A stretch of 34,925 nucleotides of DNA from Gammaproteobacteria bacterium (GTDB lineage: Bacteria > Pseudomonadota > Gammaproteobacteria > Pseudomonadales > M0112). Where the stretch lies: the NCBI GenBank assembly GCA_006227085.1, contig SBFY01000020.1, positions 1 through 34,925 of the forward strand, written 5' to 3'. This document shows positions 11,344 to 20,573 of the stretch, piece after piece. Each line of letters starts with the position of its first letter. Position 1 is the first letter of the stretch. A program made the position numbers and the translations under genes. The notes beneath the pieces were generated by a model that worked only from the letters and a program-made list of their open reading frames with translations, did no database searches and had not been told where the DNA came from.

Positions 11344-12296
11344 ACGCCATCTCCTGCTGGCCGGCTACCCTCAAAACAGCTAGCACGCATTACCACCGCT
11401 AAAGGCCTACCCTGCGTATTACCATAAGCGCGCCAAACATAAGCGCCAATAATGCCAAGCCCAAATGCATTCAAACCACCAAAAAACAGGATGGTAATAA
11501 CTGTGGCCGCATAACCTGTTACCTCCATCACCCCCGTTATACGCAAAGCAGCAACAATTACTCCGAAAATCACTGCAAAACCCAATCCCAACATACCCAA
11601 TGAGATCAACAACCGAACAGGCAAATCGGAAAATGAAAAAATACTATCCATGAGATAGGTTATTTTTTTTCGCAAGGTCCATGCGCTGACGCCATGCTTG
11701 CGTACACGCCGGTGATAGCCGACCGTTTTTCGCCGGAACCCTAACCAGAACAACAGGCCGATAAGTGAGCTATGCGCCTCCTCCAGCCTCAAGAGCTCAT
11801 CCCGGAAATGCGCATTACAGCCAAACATGTCGACGCCACCAGCCGGCATTTCGGGAATAACAAAACGACGGTATAGCGACCAAAATACGCCTGACGCGAT
11901 ACGACTACCTAATGGATCTTCGCGACTTTCCCGAGTCCCTACCAGGATATCTGCCTCATCACTTTCCAGGGAATGAAAAAACTCGACTGCCAATTCCGGG
12001 GGCTCTTGCAAATCAGCGGCCATCACGGCAAAAAAACTGCCCTTGGCTGCCTGCAAGCCCGTCCGAATTGCAGCAAAGGAACCATAGTTCCGGGAGTGCA
12101 AAATCAATTGGGACGCAAAGGACTGCTTCGGAAGTGATTCCTGGAGAATGGTGTAGCAACGATCAGGGCTTCCATCAATCACCATAACAACTTCTAATTC
12201 ACCACCCAGTTCCTGATTCATACAGGAAACAACATCCAGCAACTCAGGGATGGATTCTTCGTTCTTGTAAACGGGAATGACGAGGGAATATTTCAT
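11340..12296 (-). CDS. GT2 polyprenyl-phosphate glycosyltransferase (GtrB/ArnC/WxcL-like)
   Basis: 318 aa. Motifs: [26 protein letters not shown] and AADLQEPPE, plus two C-terminal TM helices, which is the GtrB/ArnC architecture. Its ATG overlaps the aminotransferase stop (ATGA at 12293..12296). Confidence 0.85.
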   Translation of the reverse strand: MKYSLVIPVYKNEESIPELLDVVSCMNQELGGELEVVMVIDGSPDRCYTILQESLPKQSFASQLILHSRNYGSFAAIRTGLQAAKGSFFAVMAADLQEPPELAVEFFHSLESDEADILVGTRESREDPLGSRIASGVFWSLYRRFVIPEMPAGGVDMFGCNAHFRDELLRLEEAHSSLIGLLFWLGFRRKTVGYHRRVRKHGVSAWTLRKKITYLMDSIFSFSDLPVRLLISLGMLGLGFAVIFGVIVAALRITGVMEVTGYAATVITILFFGGLNAFGLGIIGAYVWRAYGNTQGRPLAVVMRASCFEGSRPAGDGV

Positions 12297-13396
12297 GCAT
12301 GCCAGCCATTAATGACTTCACATACTTTTTCCACCTCTGCCATCGTTAACTCTGGATAACATGGCAAAGTGAGTATTTCCGACGTGGTTTTCTCACTGAT
12401 CGGTAGCGAGACTTCCCGATATTGCGCACTAACGGCAGGCTGCCGGTAATCCAGGATCGGATAATGCACTTCACTCGCGATACCATGTTGCTTCAAGTAA
12501 TCACGCAGGGCATCGCGACGATTCAAACGGATCACATACAAGTGGCCAACATAGTCTTCTCCATTGACCTGTGGCAAACGTATGGCTGGATGCTTTATGC
12601 CATGGTTATATGCCAAAGCAATGTCGCGGCGTTTACGATTCCAATTATCCAGTCGCTGCAATTTGATACGCAGCAATGCAGCTTGCATCTCATCCAAACG
12701 GCTATTGCGCCCACCGCGATGCGCGACCTGGTATTTGCTTTCCCAACCATATTGCCGCAAGGCTCTCACGCGGGATGCAATCATTTCGCTACTTGAAACG
12801 ACAGCCCCACCATCGCCCAACGCTCCCAGGTTTTTGGTGGGATAAAAACTAAATGCCGCTGCATCACCCCAAGCACCCACTCGCTTGCCGCCTGAAGCAG
12901 CACCATGCGATTGCGCACAATCCTCAATCAAGGGGATTGCGTATTTATCGGCCATGGCACGAAATGCCGGCATGTCCGCCATCTGGCCATACAGGTGCGT
13001 GACGATGATGGCCTTGGTATGTTTGGTAATGGCTGCTTCGGCGGCTTTCACCGATAACAACATGGAAGATTCTTCAATATCGGCATAGACCGGTTTTGCA
13101 CCGATCGCCAGGATTGCTGTACTGGAATACATGCCTGCATTGGCAGCAGTGATCACTTCATCGCCAGCATCAACACCAACCCCGCGCAACACCAATTCCA
13201 AAGCATCCGTACCATTGGCCAATGACACGCAATGCTTCACGCCACAATACGCAGCAAATTCCTTTTCGAAAGCCTGCACTTCTGGACCCAATACAAACCA
13301 TCCACTAGCCAGCACACGAGTCAAAGCTGCCGCCAGTTCCTCTTGCAAGGAGCCGCCATTATGCAAACCCAGATCATTGATTTTATCGAGGGACAT
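12293..13396 (-). CDS. DegT/DnrJ/EryC1-family PLP sugar aminotransferase (FdtB/QdtB/WxcK-like)
   Basis: 367 aa. Motifs: FEKEFAAYCGVKHCVSLANGTDALEL, IEDCAQSHGA, and the PLP-lysine block SFYPTKNLGALGDGG. Confidence 0.9.
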   Translation of the reverse strand: MSLDKINDLGLHNGGSLQEELAAALTRVLASGWFVLGPEVQAFEKEFAAYCGVKHCVSLANGTDALELVLRGVGVDAGDEVITAANAGMYSSTAILAIGAKPVYADIEESSMLLSVKAAEAAITKHTKAIIVTHLYGQMADMPAFRAMADKYAIPLIEDCAQSHGAASGGKRVGAWGDAAAFSFYPTKNLGALGDGGAVVSSSEMIASRVRALRQYGWESKYQVAHRGGRNSRLDEMQAALLRIKLQRLDNWNRKRRDIALAYNHGIKHPAIRLPQVNGEDYVGHLYVIRLNRRDALRDYLKQHGIASEVHYPILDYRQPAVSAQYREVSLPISEKTTSEILTLPCYPELTMAEVEKVCEVINGWHA

Positions 13397-13446
13397 CGAA
13401 CCACCTGCCGGACAGGTTTTCGCCTGCCATTCTGCATTATTATTTC

Positions 13447-13469
13447 CTGCCGGCTGCTTTCTCCGGCAG
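13447..13469 (-). terminator. Candidate hairpin after the thiL-GNAT operon
   Basis: CTGCCGG (13447..13453) and CCGGCAG (13463..13469) form a perfect 7-bp stem with a 9-nt loop. The hairpin lies 48 nt downstream of the GNAT stop. No U-tract follows on the minus strand, so it is a weak intrinsic-terminator call. Confidence 0.3.
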
Positions 13470-13516
13470 CATGAAAAACCATTGTAGCCCAGCTGCCTGC
13501 GAAGGACATCACAGAC

Positions 13517-13768
13517 CTAGGACTGCCGGTCCAGCACCTTTTGCACATACCAGCATGACGCCCGGATATCCCGGCCTTCCGCCTTCGCCCATGCCAGCCC
13601 GGCCTCGACCAGCGCCAGGGCTATCCGGCTACCGCGATGCTGTGGCGGCACCCAGGTGTGATGGAAATCGACCAGGCCGTCCTCCTGCACATACTCCAGT
13701 ACGGCCGGACCACCTTCGCAGGTGACAATGAAACGGGACTGCTCCGGCTGGTGCACAACAACGGTCAT
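13517..13768 (-). CDS. Mini GNAT-fold N-acetyltransferase (YjdJ / Acetyltransf_CG-like)
   Basis: 83 aa: SRFIVTCEGGPAVLEYVQEDGLVDFHHTWVPPQHRGSRIALALVEAGLAWAKAEGRDIRASCWYV. This matches the short single-domain GNAT pattern (HT.VP...RG.GIA..L...C.YV). Its ATG overlaps the thiL stop (ATGA at 13765..13768). Confidence 0.7.
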   Translation of the reverse strand: MTVVVHQPEQSRFIVTCEGGPAVLEYVQEDGLVDFHHTWVPPQHRGSRIALALVEAGLAWAKAEGRDIRASCWYVQKVLDRQS

Positions 13769-14697
13769 CCCGCACCTCCAAAATGCTGGTAACCCGCGAC
13801 TTCCAGGGTATTGCCCGCGCTGTCATACAGCCCTGCCGACGCCTGCACGGTGCCAATCCGGGTCAGTGGCAGGCCGGTATCCGGCAGCACCACCGCATCC
13901 GGCGCGGTAAAACACAACTCATAATCATCGCCACCCGATAACAGCCATGAGCGGGCATCCTCGCCGGTGATGGCTGCCAAGGCTGCGGATACCGGTAACG
14001 CCTCCAGGTCCAACACCGCTCCCACACCGCTGGCAGCCAGGATATGCCCCAGGTCCTGCAGCAGGCCATCCGAGACATCGATGCAGGCGGAGGCCTTGCC
14101 ACGCAAGGCCAGCCCCAAGGCGAGCCGCGGCTCGGGACGGAAAAACCGTTCCAGCAGGCTATCGCTACCGGTCGCCCGCGCCAGCCGTCCCTGGTGCAGG
14201 GCCAGGCCTGCAGCGGCATCACCGGGGTAGCCACTGACATAAATGCCATCGCCGGGCCGTGCACCGCTTCGCCGCAAGGCCTGCCCCGCCGGCACAGTGC
14301 CTTCCGCCTGTATCGTGATGGTTAATGGCCCGCGCGTGGTATCGCCACCGACCAGCGAAACCCCGGCCTGTGCCGCCAGCACTGACAGCCCTTCCGCAAA
14401 CCCGGACAACCAGGCCTCATCGGCTTCCGGCAGGGTCAGCGCAAGGGTGAACCAGCGCGGCGTGGCACCCATTGCGGCGAGGTCCGACAGGTTCGTGGCC
14501 AGCGCCCGCCAGCCAATATCAAACGGGGAAGTATCGAGGGGGAAATGGCGACCGGCAACCTGGGTATCCATCACGACGACCAACTGCTCCCCGACCGGGA
14601 CATCCAGCACGGCACCGTCATCGCCCACGCCCAGCACCACACCGGCGGCATGGTGGATATGGGTGAAAAAGCGTTCGATCAACTCGAACTCATTCAT
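13765..14697 (-). CDS. thiL: Thiamine-monophosphate kinase ThiL
   Basis: ORF 13765..14733, trimmed to ATG 14697 (MNEFELIERFF...GVGDDGAVL...). AIR-synthase-like fold motifs are present: DTQVAGRHF, GGDTTRGP, ACIDVSDGL, LSGGDDYEL. Confidence 0.9.
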   Translation of the reverse strand: MNEFELIERFFTHIHHAAGVVLGVGDDGAVLDVPVGEQLVVVMDTQVAGRHFPLDTSPFDIGWRALATNLSDLAAMGATPRWFTLALTLPEADEAWLSGFAEGLSVLAAQAGVSLVGGDTTRGPLTITIQAEGTVPAGQALRRSGARPGDGIYVSGYPGDAAAGLALHQGRLARATGSDSLLERFFRPEPRLALGLALRGKASACIDVSDGLLQDLGHILAASGVGAVLDLEALPVSAALAAITGEDARSWLLSGGDDYELCFTAPDAVVLPDTGLPLTRIGTVQASAGLYDSAGNTLEVAGYQHFGGAG

Positions 14698-14732
14698 GCA
14701 ACAGCCCTCCCCGGCGTACCCGGGCGGTGCCA

Positions 14733-15224
14733 TTAACGACCGGCGCTGATTTCAGCCTGGCGCACTTCCTGCGCCAGTTTATCCAGCACCGCATTGACGA
14801 ACTTGTGGCTTTCAGCCGCGCCGAATTTCTTGGCCAGCGCCACCGCCTCATTGATCACGACCCGGTACGGGATATCCAGCCGCTCCAGCAATTCCCATGC
14901 GCCCAAACGCAACGCTGCACGCTCCACCACACCCAGCTCAGCGACCGACCGCTGCGACAAGTAGGGCTCATAACGGGCATCCAATTGCGCATGACTGGCA
15001 ACAACGGCCTTCAGGGCTTCCAGGAAATAGTCCTTATCCGCGCCGGAAAAATCATTATCAGCAAGGAATTGGGCGGCAATGTCAGTCGCCGCCTGCTGTG
15101 TCATCTGCTGCTGGTACAAGGCCTGCAACACATAATGGCGAGCCTGGTGGCGCAACCCGGCCAGTGACCGTTTTTTGCCTTCTGCTGCGCTGTTGGCGGG
15201 ATGTGGGGAATCAGAGCTGGCCAA
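14733..15224 (-). CDS. nusB: Transcription antitermination factor NusB
   Basis: 163-aa ORF with [15 protein letters not shown], the NusB N-terminal signature, located in the ribH-nusB-thiL context. The annotated start is TTG at 15224 and overlaps the ribH stop. The start is uncertain. Confidence 0.88.
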   Translation of the reverse strand: MASSDSPHPANSAAEGKKRSLAGLRHQARHYVLQALYQQQMTQQAATDIAAQFLADNDFSGADKDYFLEALKAVVASHAQLDARYEPYLSQRSVAELGVVERAALRLGAWELLERLDIPYRVVINEAVALAKKFGAAESHKFVNAVLDKLAQEVRQAEISAGR

Positions 15225-15675
15225 GGAGGCTGACCATCTCGAGGGCCGATAACGCCGCTTCTGCGCCCTTGTTACCGGCTTTGGTACCCGAACGCTCGAT
15301 CGCCTGCTCGATGGTGTCCACGGTCAATACGCCAAACGCGACCGGCACATTGAACTCAAGACCAACCTGCGCCATGCCTTTCACGCACTCACCTGCCACA
15401 TACTCGAAATGCGGGGTACCACCACGGATCACGGCACCCAGGGCAATGATGGCATCGTGTTCTTTTTTGGCGGCGACTTTCTTCACCACCAGCGGCAATT
15501 CGAAGGCACCCGGCGCACGGATGATGGTGATGTTTTTTTCCGGCACCCCGTGGCGGCGCAAGGCATCGACGGCGCCATTCACCAGTGAATCCACGATAAA
15601 GCTGTTAAAGCGGGACACCACCAGGGCATAACGACCCTTGCCGTCGAAGGTGCCTTCAATGCTGCGAATACCCAT
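15211..15675 (-). CDS. ribH: 6,7-dimethyl-8-ribityllumazine synthase
   Basis: ORF 15211..15687 opens with TTG. ATG 15675 is preceded by GGAG 8 nt upstream ([31 protein letters not shown]...GAFELP...HFEYVA). Confidence 0.93.
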   Translation of the reverse strand: MGIRSIEGTFDGKGRYALVVSRFNSFIVDSLVNGAVDALRRHGVPEKNITIIRAPGAFELPLVVKKVAAKKEHDAIIALGAVIRGGTPHFEYVAGECVKGMAQVGLEFNVPVAFGVLTVDTIEQAIERSGTKAGNKGAEAALSALEMVSLLGQL

Positions 15676-15711
15676 GATGCGCTCCAAAATGCTTGTGATT
15701 CAGTGGCTTAC

Positions 15712-16827
15712 TTATTCAGCGGAGACGAATTCTACAACTTCCAGCTCAAAACCGGAAATCGCGTTGTATTTGATCGGCGGACCCATCAGGCGGATCTTGC
15801 CCACCCCGACCTCGCGCAGGATTTGCGAGCCCAGGCCCACCGTGAGATAGACATTACTGCTGCCATCAGCGACCGGGCGCGGCGGCGGCGTGTTGCCCAA
15901 GGCAATTTCCACGCCATTGAGCAAGTCATCGGCGGTTTCCCGGTTATGCAGCAGCACCACGACCCCGTGGTTTTCATCCGCCACCCGCTTCAGGCAGCGC
16001 TGCAGGTTCCAGTTCGGTCGATCCGGCGCCTGCGCTCCCAGCAGGTCACGCACCGTAGAGGCCAGGTGCACACGCACCAGTGTCGGTTGGTCCGGGCGGA
16101 TATCGCCACGTGTCAGGGCGAAATGGACATGCCCATCCATCTTGTCGCGGAAGGTGTGCAGATCGAACGGGCCATAATCGGTTGCAATGGTGCCGCGACT
16201 GACGCACTCCACACTTTGCTCATTCAATACCTGGTAATGGATCAGGTCTGCGATGGTGCCAATCTTGAGCCCATGCTGCTCCGCGAATCTCTCCAGGTCC
16301 GGACGACGCGCCATGCTGCCATCATCGTTCATGATTTCAACGATGACAGCCGATGCATCAAACCCGGCCAGGCGCGCAAGATCACAGCCTGCCTCGGTAT
16401 GGCCGGCACGCGACAACACACCGCCACGGCGGGCCATCAACGGGAAAATATGGCCCGGCTGCACGATGTCTTCCGCACGCGCATTGCGCGCCACGGCTGT
16501 CCGCACCGTCAAGGCACGGTCAGCGGCTGAAATGCCGGTGGTCACACCTTTGGCGGCTTCAATCGATACCGTGAAATTGGTGCCGTGCTGGGCACCATTG
16601 GCATCCACCATCAACGGCAACTTCAATAAACGGCAGCGTTCTTCGGTGAGTGTTAAGCAAATCAGGCCACGGGCATTTTTCGCCATGAAGTTGATGTCTT
16701 CCGGCCGCACGCATTCCGCCGCCATGACCAGGTCACCTTCATTCTCGCGATCTTCATCATCCATGAGGATGACCATCTTGCCGAGACGAATGTCCTGTAC
16801 CAGTTCTTCAACCGTATTGAGCTTCAT
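15712..16827 (-). CDS. ribB: 3,4-dihydroxy-2-butanone-4-phosphate synthase fused to a degenerate GTP-cyclohydrolase-II-like domain (RibBX type)
   Basis: ORF trimmed to ATG 16827, which follows SD AGGAG. The DHBPS motifs DDEDRENEGDLV and GHTEA are present. The C-terminal domain aligns to RibA, but VRVHLASTVRDLLGAQAPDRPNWNLQ replaces the Zn-binding VHSECLTGD...RCDCG block, so none of the three Cys is present. Confidence 0.9.
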   Translation of the reverse strand: MKLNTVEELVQDIRLGKMVILMDDEDRENEGDLVMAAECVRPEDINFMAKNARGLICLTLTEERCRLLKLPLMVDANGAQHGTNFTVSIEAAKGVTTGISAADRALTVRTAVARNARAEDIVQPGHIFPLMARRGGVLSRAGHTEAGCDLARLAGFDASAVIVEIMNDDGSMARRPDLERFAEQHGLKIGTIADLIHYQVLNEQSVECVSRGTIATDYGPFDLHTFRDKMDGHVHFALTRGDIRPDQPTLVRVHLASTVRDLLGAQAPDRPNWNLQRCLKRVADENHGVVVLLHNRETADDLLNGVEIALGNTPPPRPVADGSSNVYLTVGLGSQILREVGVGKIRLMGPPIKYNAISGFELEVVEFVSAE

Positions 16828-16849
16828 ACGGCATCTCCTTCCCATGTGT

Positions 16850-17512
16850 TCAATCTTTCAAAAAACCGTGCTCTGCCAGGAACGCCCTGTCGATGCCGGA
16901 AGCCTTTGCATCCGCTGCCTTGTCGCCCATCAACAACCGTTCGAGGTAACGCGCAATCACATCCACTTCCAGATTTACTTTTGAGCCCGGCGTGTAGTCA
17001 CCAAAAATCGTTTCAGCGGTGGTGTGCGGGACAATCGCCAATTCAAATTCAGCACCCACCACCGCATTCACCGTCAGGCTCACGCCATCGACACAAATCG
17101 AACCCTTGTGGGCGATATAGCGCGCCAGGAAATCCGGCGCACGCAGGCGATAGCGCGTAGCGCGCGCATCGGCATGCAGGCTAATGACTTCACCCACGCC
17201 ATCAACATGCCCGCTCACCAGATGGCCACCCAGGCGACTGTTCGCCGTCAGTGCTTTCTCCAGATTCACGCGCGCACCTTTGCCCAGCGAACCCAATGTC
17301 GTGTGCGTCAGGGTTTCCACTGACACATCCGCCACAAACCCATCGCCCGGCAATGCCACCACCGTCAGGCACACCCCATTGGTGGCGATACTGTCGCCCA
17401 ACCGCACATCGCCCAGATCGAGCTTGCCGGTAGCGACACGCAAACGGCAATCACCACCACGCGCTTCACTCGCGGCAATATGACCCACGGCCTGGATGAT
17501 CCCGGTAAACAT
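16850..17512 (-). CDS. ribE: Riboflavin synthase (alpha chain; ribC in E. coli/Pseudomonas naming)
   Basis: 220 aa with two-barrel repeats [12 protein letters not shown]... and GHLVSGHVDGVGEV. Its ATG overlaps the ribD TAA by 1 nt (TAATG). Confidence 0.93.
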   Translation of the reverse strand: MFTGIIQAVGHIAASEARGGDCRLRVATGKLDLGDVRLGDSIATNGVCLTVVALPGDGFVADVSVETLTHTTLGSLGKGARVNLEKALTANSRLGGHLVSGHVDGVGEVISLHADARATRYRLRAPDFLARYIAHKGSICVDGVSLTVNAVVGAEFELAIVPHTTAETIFGDYTPGSKVNLEVDVIARYLERLLMGDKAADAKASGIDRAFLAEHGFLKD

Positions 17513-18636
17513 TATGCAATCCTCTCCGGTGCAATGCGTTTCGGTGTTGCCGTGATGCGCCAGTCATCACCCACTGCACGCATGTCCTGCACTTCCCATT
17601 CGGGCGCCTTCGACAAATCCGCCAAACCCAATTGCAGCAATGGTCGTGCATCATGCCCTAACAATTTCGGCGCCATATACACCACCAACTCATCCACCAG
17701 CCCAGCTTCGATAAAAGCGCCAGCCAGTGTGGCACCCGCTTCCACCAACACTTCGTTGCATTGGCGCTGGACCGCGAGGTAACCCAGCAGGCCCACCAAA
17801 TCGACGTATCGCTCCAGCCCACAGGCCAGCACAGATGCTTTGTCACGCATCGCATGCGTCAATGGCGGCTGGCCCACCACGGTGGTTACAACCAGCGTCT
17901 CACCCGGCGCCGACAGCATGCGTGCAGTGGCCGGCATATGACCCAGCGAATCCAGCACCACCCGCAAGGGCTGCCGAATCGCATCATCCACCACCCCCAA
18001 TGCCGCTGCATTGCGCACGGTCAATTGGGGGTCATCTGTTTTGACGGTACCGATACCCGTTATCACGGCATCACTGCGTGCGCGCAATCGCTGCACATCA
18101 GCGCGCGCGGCCTCACCCGTGATCCATTGTGATTGGCCATCGGCCATCGCCGTGCGGCCGTCCATACTCATCGCCAGTTTCAGGCGCACCCATGGGCGCT
18201 GCCGTTCATGGCGACTGAAAAAACCGATGTTCAATGCCCGTGCATCCGCTTCCAGCACGCCTTCGGTGACAGCAATGCCAGCCGCTGCCAGTGCTGCAAC
18301 ACTTTTGCCGGCCGTGCGTGGGTCAGCATCACGCGTGGCAATGACCACGGCGTTCACGCCAGCAGCAATGATGGCATCCACACACGGCGGTGTGCGGCCG
18401 TGATGCGCACACGGTTCCAGGGTCACATACATCGTGGCTCCCCTGGCTTGCCCGCCGGCCGCCTCCAGCGCATGCACTTCCGCATGTGCCTCACCAGCAC
18501 GCTGGTGCCAACCTTCACCGACAATACGATTGTCCTTCACCAGCACGCAGCCAACCCGCGGATTGGGCGCCGTGGTGTACAGCCCCCGCGTGGCCAGTTG
18601 CAAGGCACGCGCCATCATCGGTTCATGCACGCTCAT
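17512..18636 (-). CDS. ribD: Bifunctional riboflavin-biosynthesis deaminase/reductase RibD
   Basis: 374 aa with the deaminase zinc motif HAEVHALE...[11 protein letters not shown] and a C-terminal reductase domain. Its ATG overlaps the nrdR stop (ATGA at 18633..18636). Confidence 0.93.
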   Translation of the reverse strand: MSVHEPMMARALQLATRGLYTTAPNPRVGCVLVKDNRIVGEGWHQRAGEAHAEVHALEAAGGQARGATMYVTLEPCAHHGRTPPCVDAIIAAGVNAVVIATRDADPRTAGKSVAALAAAGIAVTEGVLEADARALNIGFFSRHERQRPWVRLKLAMSMDGRTAMADGQSQWITGEAARADVQRLRARSDAVITGIGTVKTDDPQLTVRNAAALGVVDDAIRQPLRVVLDSLGHMPATARMLSAPGETLVVTTVVGQPPLTHAMRDKASVLACGLERYVDLVGLLGYLAVQRQCNEVLVEAGATLAGAFIEAGLVDELVVYMAPKLLGHDARPLLQLGLADLSKAPEWEVQDMRAVGDDWRITATPKRIAPERIA

Positions 18637-19106
18637 GGTTTTTCTGCGCCAGTGGATTCGGCAGCCAGGCGATCAATCTCGGTGCGGAATTCATCCAGTG
18701 TCTTGAAGTCGCGATAGACCGAAGCAAACCGCACAAACGCGACATGGTCGAGTCGCTGCAAGTGATCCATCACCAACTCGCCCACCACCCGCGATTTCAC
18801 TTCACGCTCACCCATCGCTTGCAGTGTGTGCTTGATGTGGCCAATGCTGGCTTCCACCTGTTCAACACTGACCGGGCGTTTCTCCAGCGCCCGCAACATG
18901 CCAGCACGCAGTTTTTCTTCGTTGAACGGTTCACGGATGCCGTCCTGCTTGATGATGCGCGGCATCAGCAGTTCGGCACTTTCATAGGTCGTGAAGCGTT
19001 CTGCACAGGTCAAGCACTCACGACGACGGCGGATCTGGTCGCCTTCAGCAACCAGCCGCGAATCGATCACCTTGGTGTCTTCAGCTGAACAGAACGGGCA
19101 ACGCAT
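18633..19106 (-). CDS. nrdR: Ribonucleotide-reductase transcriptional repressor NrdR
   Basis: 157 aa. [19 protein letters not shown]...[12 protein letters not shown] (zinc ribbon) followed by an ATP-cone. Confidence 0.95.
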   Translation of the reverse strand: MRCPFCSAEDTKVIDSRLVAEGDQIRRRRECLTCAERFTTYESAELLMPRIIKQDGIREPFNEEKLRAGMLRALEKRPVSVEQVEASIGHIKHTLQAMGEREVKSRVVGELVMDHLQRLDHVAFVRFASVYRDFKTLDEFRTEIDRLAAESTGAEKP

Positions 19107-19127
19107 GCGCGGCTCCTGTATACCGCC

Positions 19128-20384
19128 TTAGCGGCCGTACACCGGGAATTTCTTGCACAATTGCGCCACTTGCCCACGCACACGATCAATCACGGATTCG
19201 TCACCCATGTTATCGAGGATGTCGCAGATCCAGCCGGCCAGTGCCTCGACTTCCGCTTCCTTGAAACCACGGCGAGTGGCTGCCGGCGTACCGATACGCA
19301 AGCCGCTGGTGACAAACGGCGATTGCGGATCGTTCGGCACAGCGTTCTTGTTGACGGTGATGTGGGCACGCCCCAGGGCGGCATCCGCATCCTTGCCGGT
19401 AATGCCCTTGTCGATCAGGCTCAGCAGGAACAGGTGATCATCGGTGCCACCGGAAACAATCGTGTAGCCGCGATCGATCATCACCTTCGCCATCACCTTG
19501 GCATTGGCCAGCACTTGCTTCTGGTAGGCCTTGAACTCATCACTCATCGCTTCCTTGAAGCACACCGCTTTTGCTGCGATCACGTGCATCAGCGGGCCGC
19601 CCTGGCCACCGGGGAACACGGCGGAATTGAGTTTCTTTTCCAGCTCCGGGTTGGCCTTGGCCAGGATGATGCCGCCACGCGGGCCACCGAGGGTCTTGTG
19701 CGTGGTGGAGGTGGTGACATCGGCAATGTTGACAGGGTTCGGGTACAGGCCCGCTGCGACCAGGCCGGCCACATGCGCCATGTCCACCATCAGGTAAGCG
19801 CCTACCTTGTCGGCGATATCGCGGAAACGCTGCCAGTCCACCACGCGTGAATAGGCCGAGAAGCCAGCCACGATCATCTTCGGCTTGTACTTCAGTGCTT
19901 TCGCTTCGACATCGTCGTAATCGATTTCGCCGGTTTCGGCATCCAGGCCATATTGCACGGCGTTGTACATCTTGCCGGAGAAGTTGGGCTTGGCACCGTG
20001 GGTCAGGTGACCACCGGCATCCAGGCTCATGCCCAGCACGGTATCGCCCGGCTCGACCAGCGCCATGTAGACAGCGGCATTGGCCTGCGAGCCGGAGTGC
20101 GGCTGCACATTGGCATAGTCAGCACCGAACAGCGCCTTGACGCGCTCAATCGCCAACTGCTCGACCACATCGACGTGCTCGCAACCGCCGTAATAGCGCT
20201 TGCCCGGATAGCCCTCGGCATACTTGTTGGTCAGCACGGATCCTTGCGCCTCCATGACCCGGGGGCTGGTGTAGTTTTCCGAAGCAATGAGTTCGATGTG
20301 CTCTTCCTGGCGCTGCTCCTCGGCAAGGATGGCGTTCCAGATTTCGTCGTCAAAGCCTTTGATGGTCATGCCTTTGCTGAACAT
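19128..20384 (-). CDS. glyA: Serine hydroxymethyltransferase
   Basis: 418 aa. Motifs: [19 protein letters not shown] and the PLP block [15 protein letters not shown]. Only 21 nt separate it from nrdR. Confidence 0.96.
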   Translation of the reverse strand: MFSKGMTIKGFDDEIWNAILAEEQRQEEHIELIASENYTSPRVMEAQGSVLTNKYAEGYPGKRYYGGCEHVDVVEQLAIERVKALFGADYANVQPHSGSQANAAVYMALVEPGDTVLGMSLDAGGHLTHGAKPNFSGKMYNAVQYGLDAETGEIDYDDVEAKALKYKPKMIVAGFSAYSRVVDWQRFRDIADKVGAYLMVDMAHVAGLVAAGLYPNPVNIADVTTSTTHKTLGGPRGGIILAKANPELEKKLNSAVFPGGQGGPLMHVIAAKAVCFKEAMSDEFKAYQKQVLANAKVMAKVMIDRGYTIVSGGTDDHLFLLSLIDKGITGKDADAALGRAHITVNKNAVPNDPQSPFVTSGLRIGTPAATRRGFKEAEVEALAGWICDILDNMGDESVIDRVRGQVAQLCKKFPVYGR

Positions 20385-20573
20385 GGGGTCTCCCGGGATT
20401 TGTCAGGCTGCACACAGGGAAGCGGGTCACCCCGCCGTGAAAGCGGCCATTTTACATGAAGGCAGGGGGTCTCCGGTACCGCCGGGAGCCGCCAAAAAAC
20501 AAGGTTCTTGCGGCCTCGGGCCGGATTCGGTAGCCTCGCGCGTCCAATCCTGTAATACGCCCGAGGAAGCCCC

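Noticed and set aside
11663-11670. An A8/T8 homopolymer inside the GT2 gene (codons R-K-K-I), and 6-7-nt A/T runs at 11332..11338, 9312..9318 and 10376..10381, considered as slipped-strand phase-variation switches for the glycan module.
   Set aside because: The tracts are at or below the usual length for efficient slippage. They are expected by chance in AT-rich coding sequence. A comparable T7 run occurs in the core gene ribH (15533..15539). Only population sequencing showing length variation would revive the idea.
16828-16849. A possible FMN (RFN) riboswitch in front of ribBX, or elsewhere in the rib cluster.
   Set aside because: The gaps between the rib genes are at most 22 nt or are overlaps, far too short for a ~140-nt RFN element. 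No RFN-like sequence was seen upstream of nrdR or ribD either.
20385-20573. The glyA-ettA divergent intergenic region, examined for a ZTP or THF-type riboswitch in the glyA leader and for a leader peptide before ettA (a 25-codon uORF from ATG 20456).
   Set aside because: I could not find the conserved ZTP (pfl) or THF core sequences on the glyA strand. The uORF has no Shine-Dalgarno sequence and nothing else to support it.
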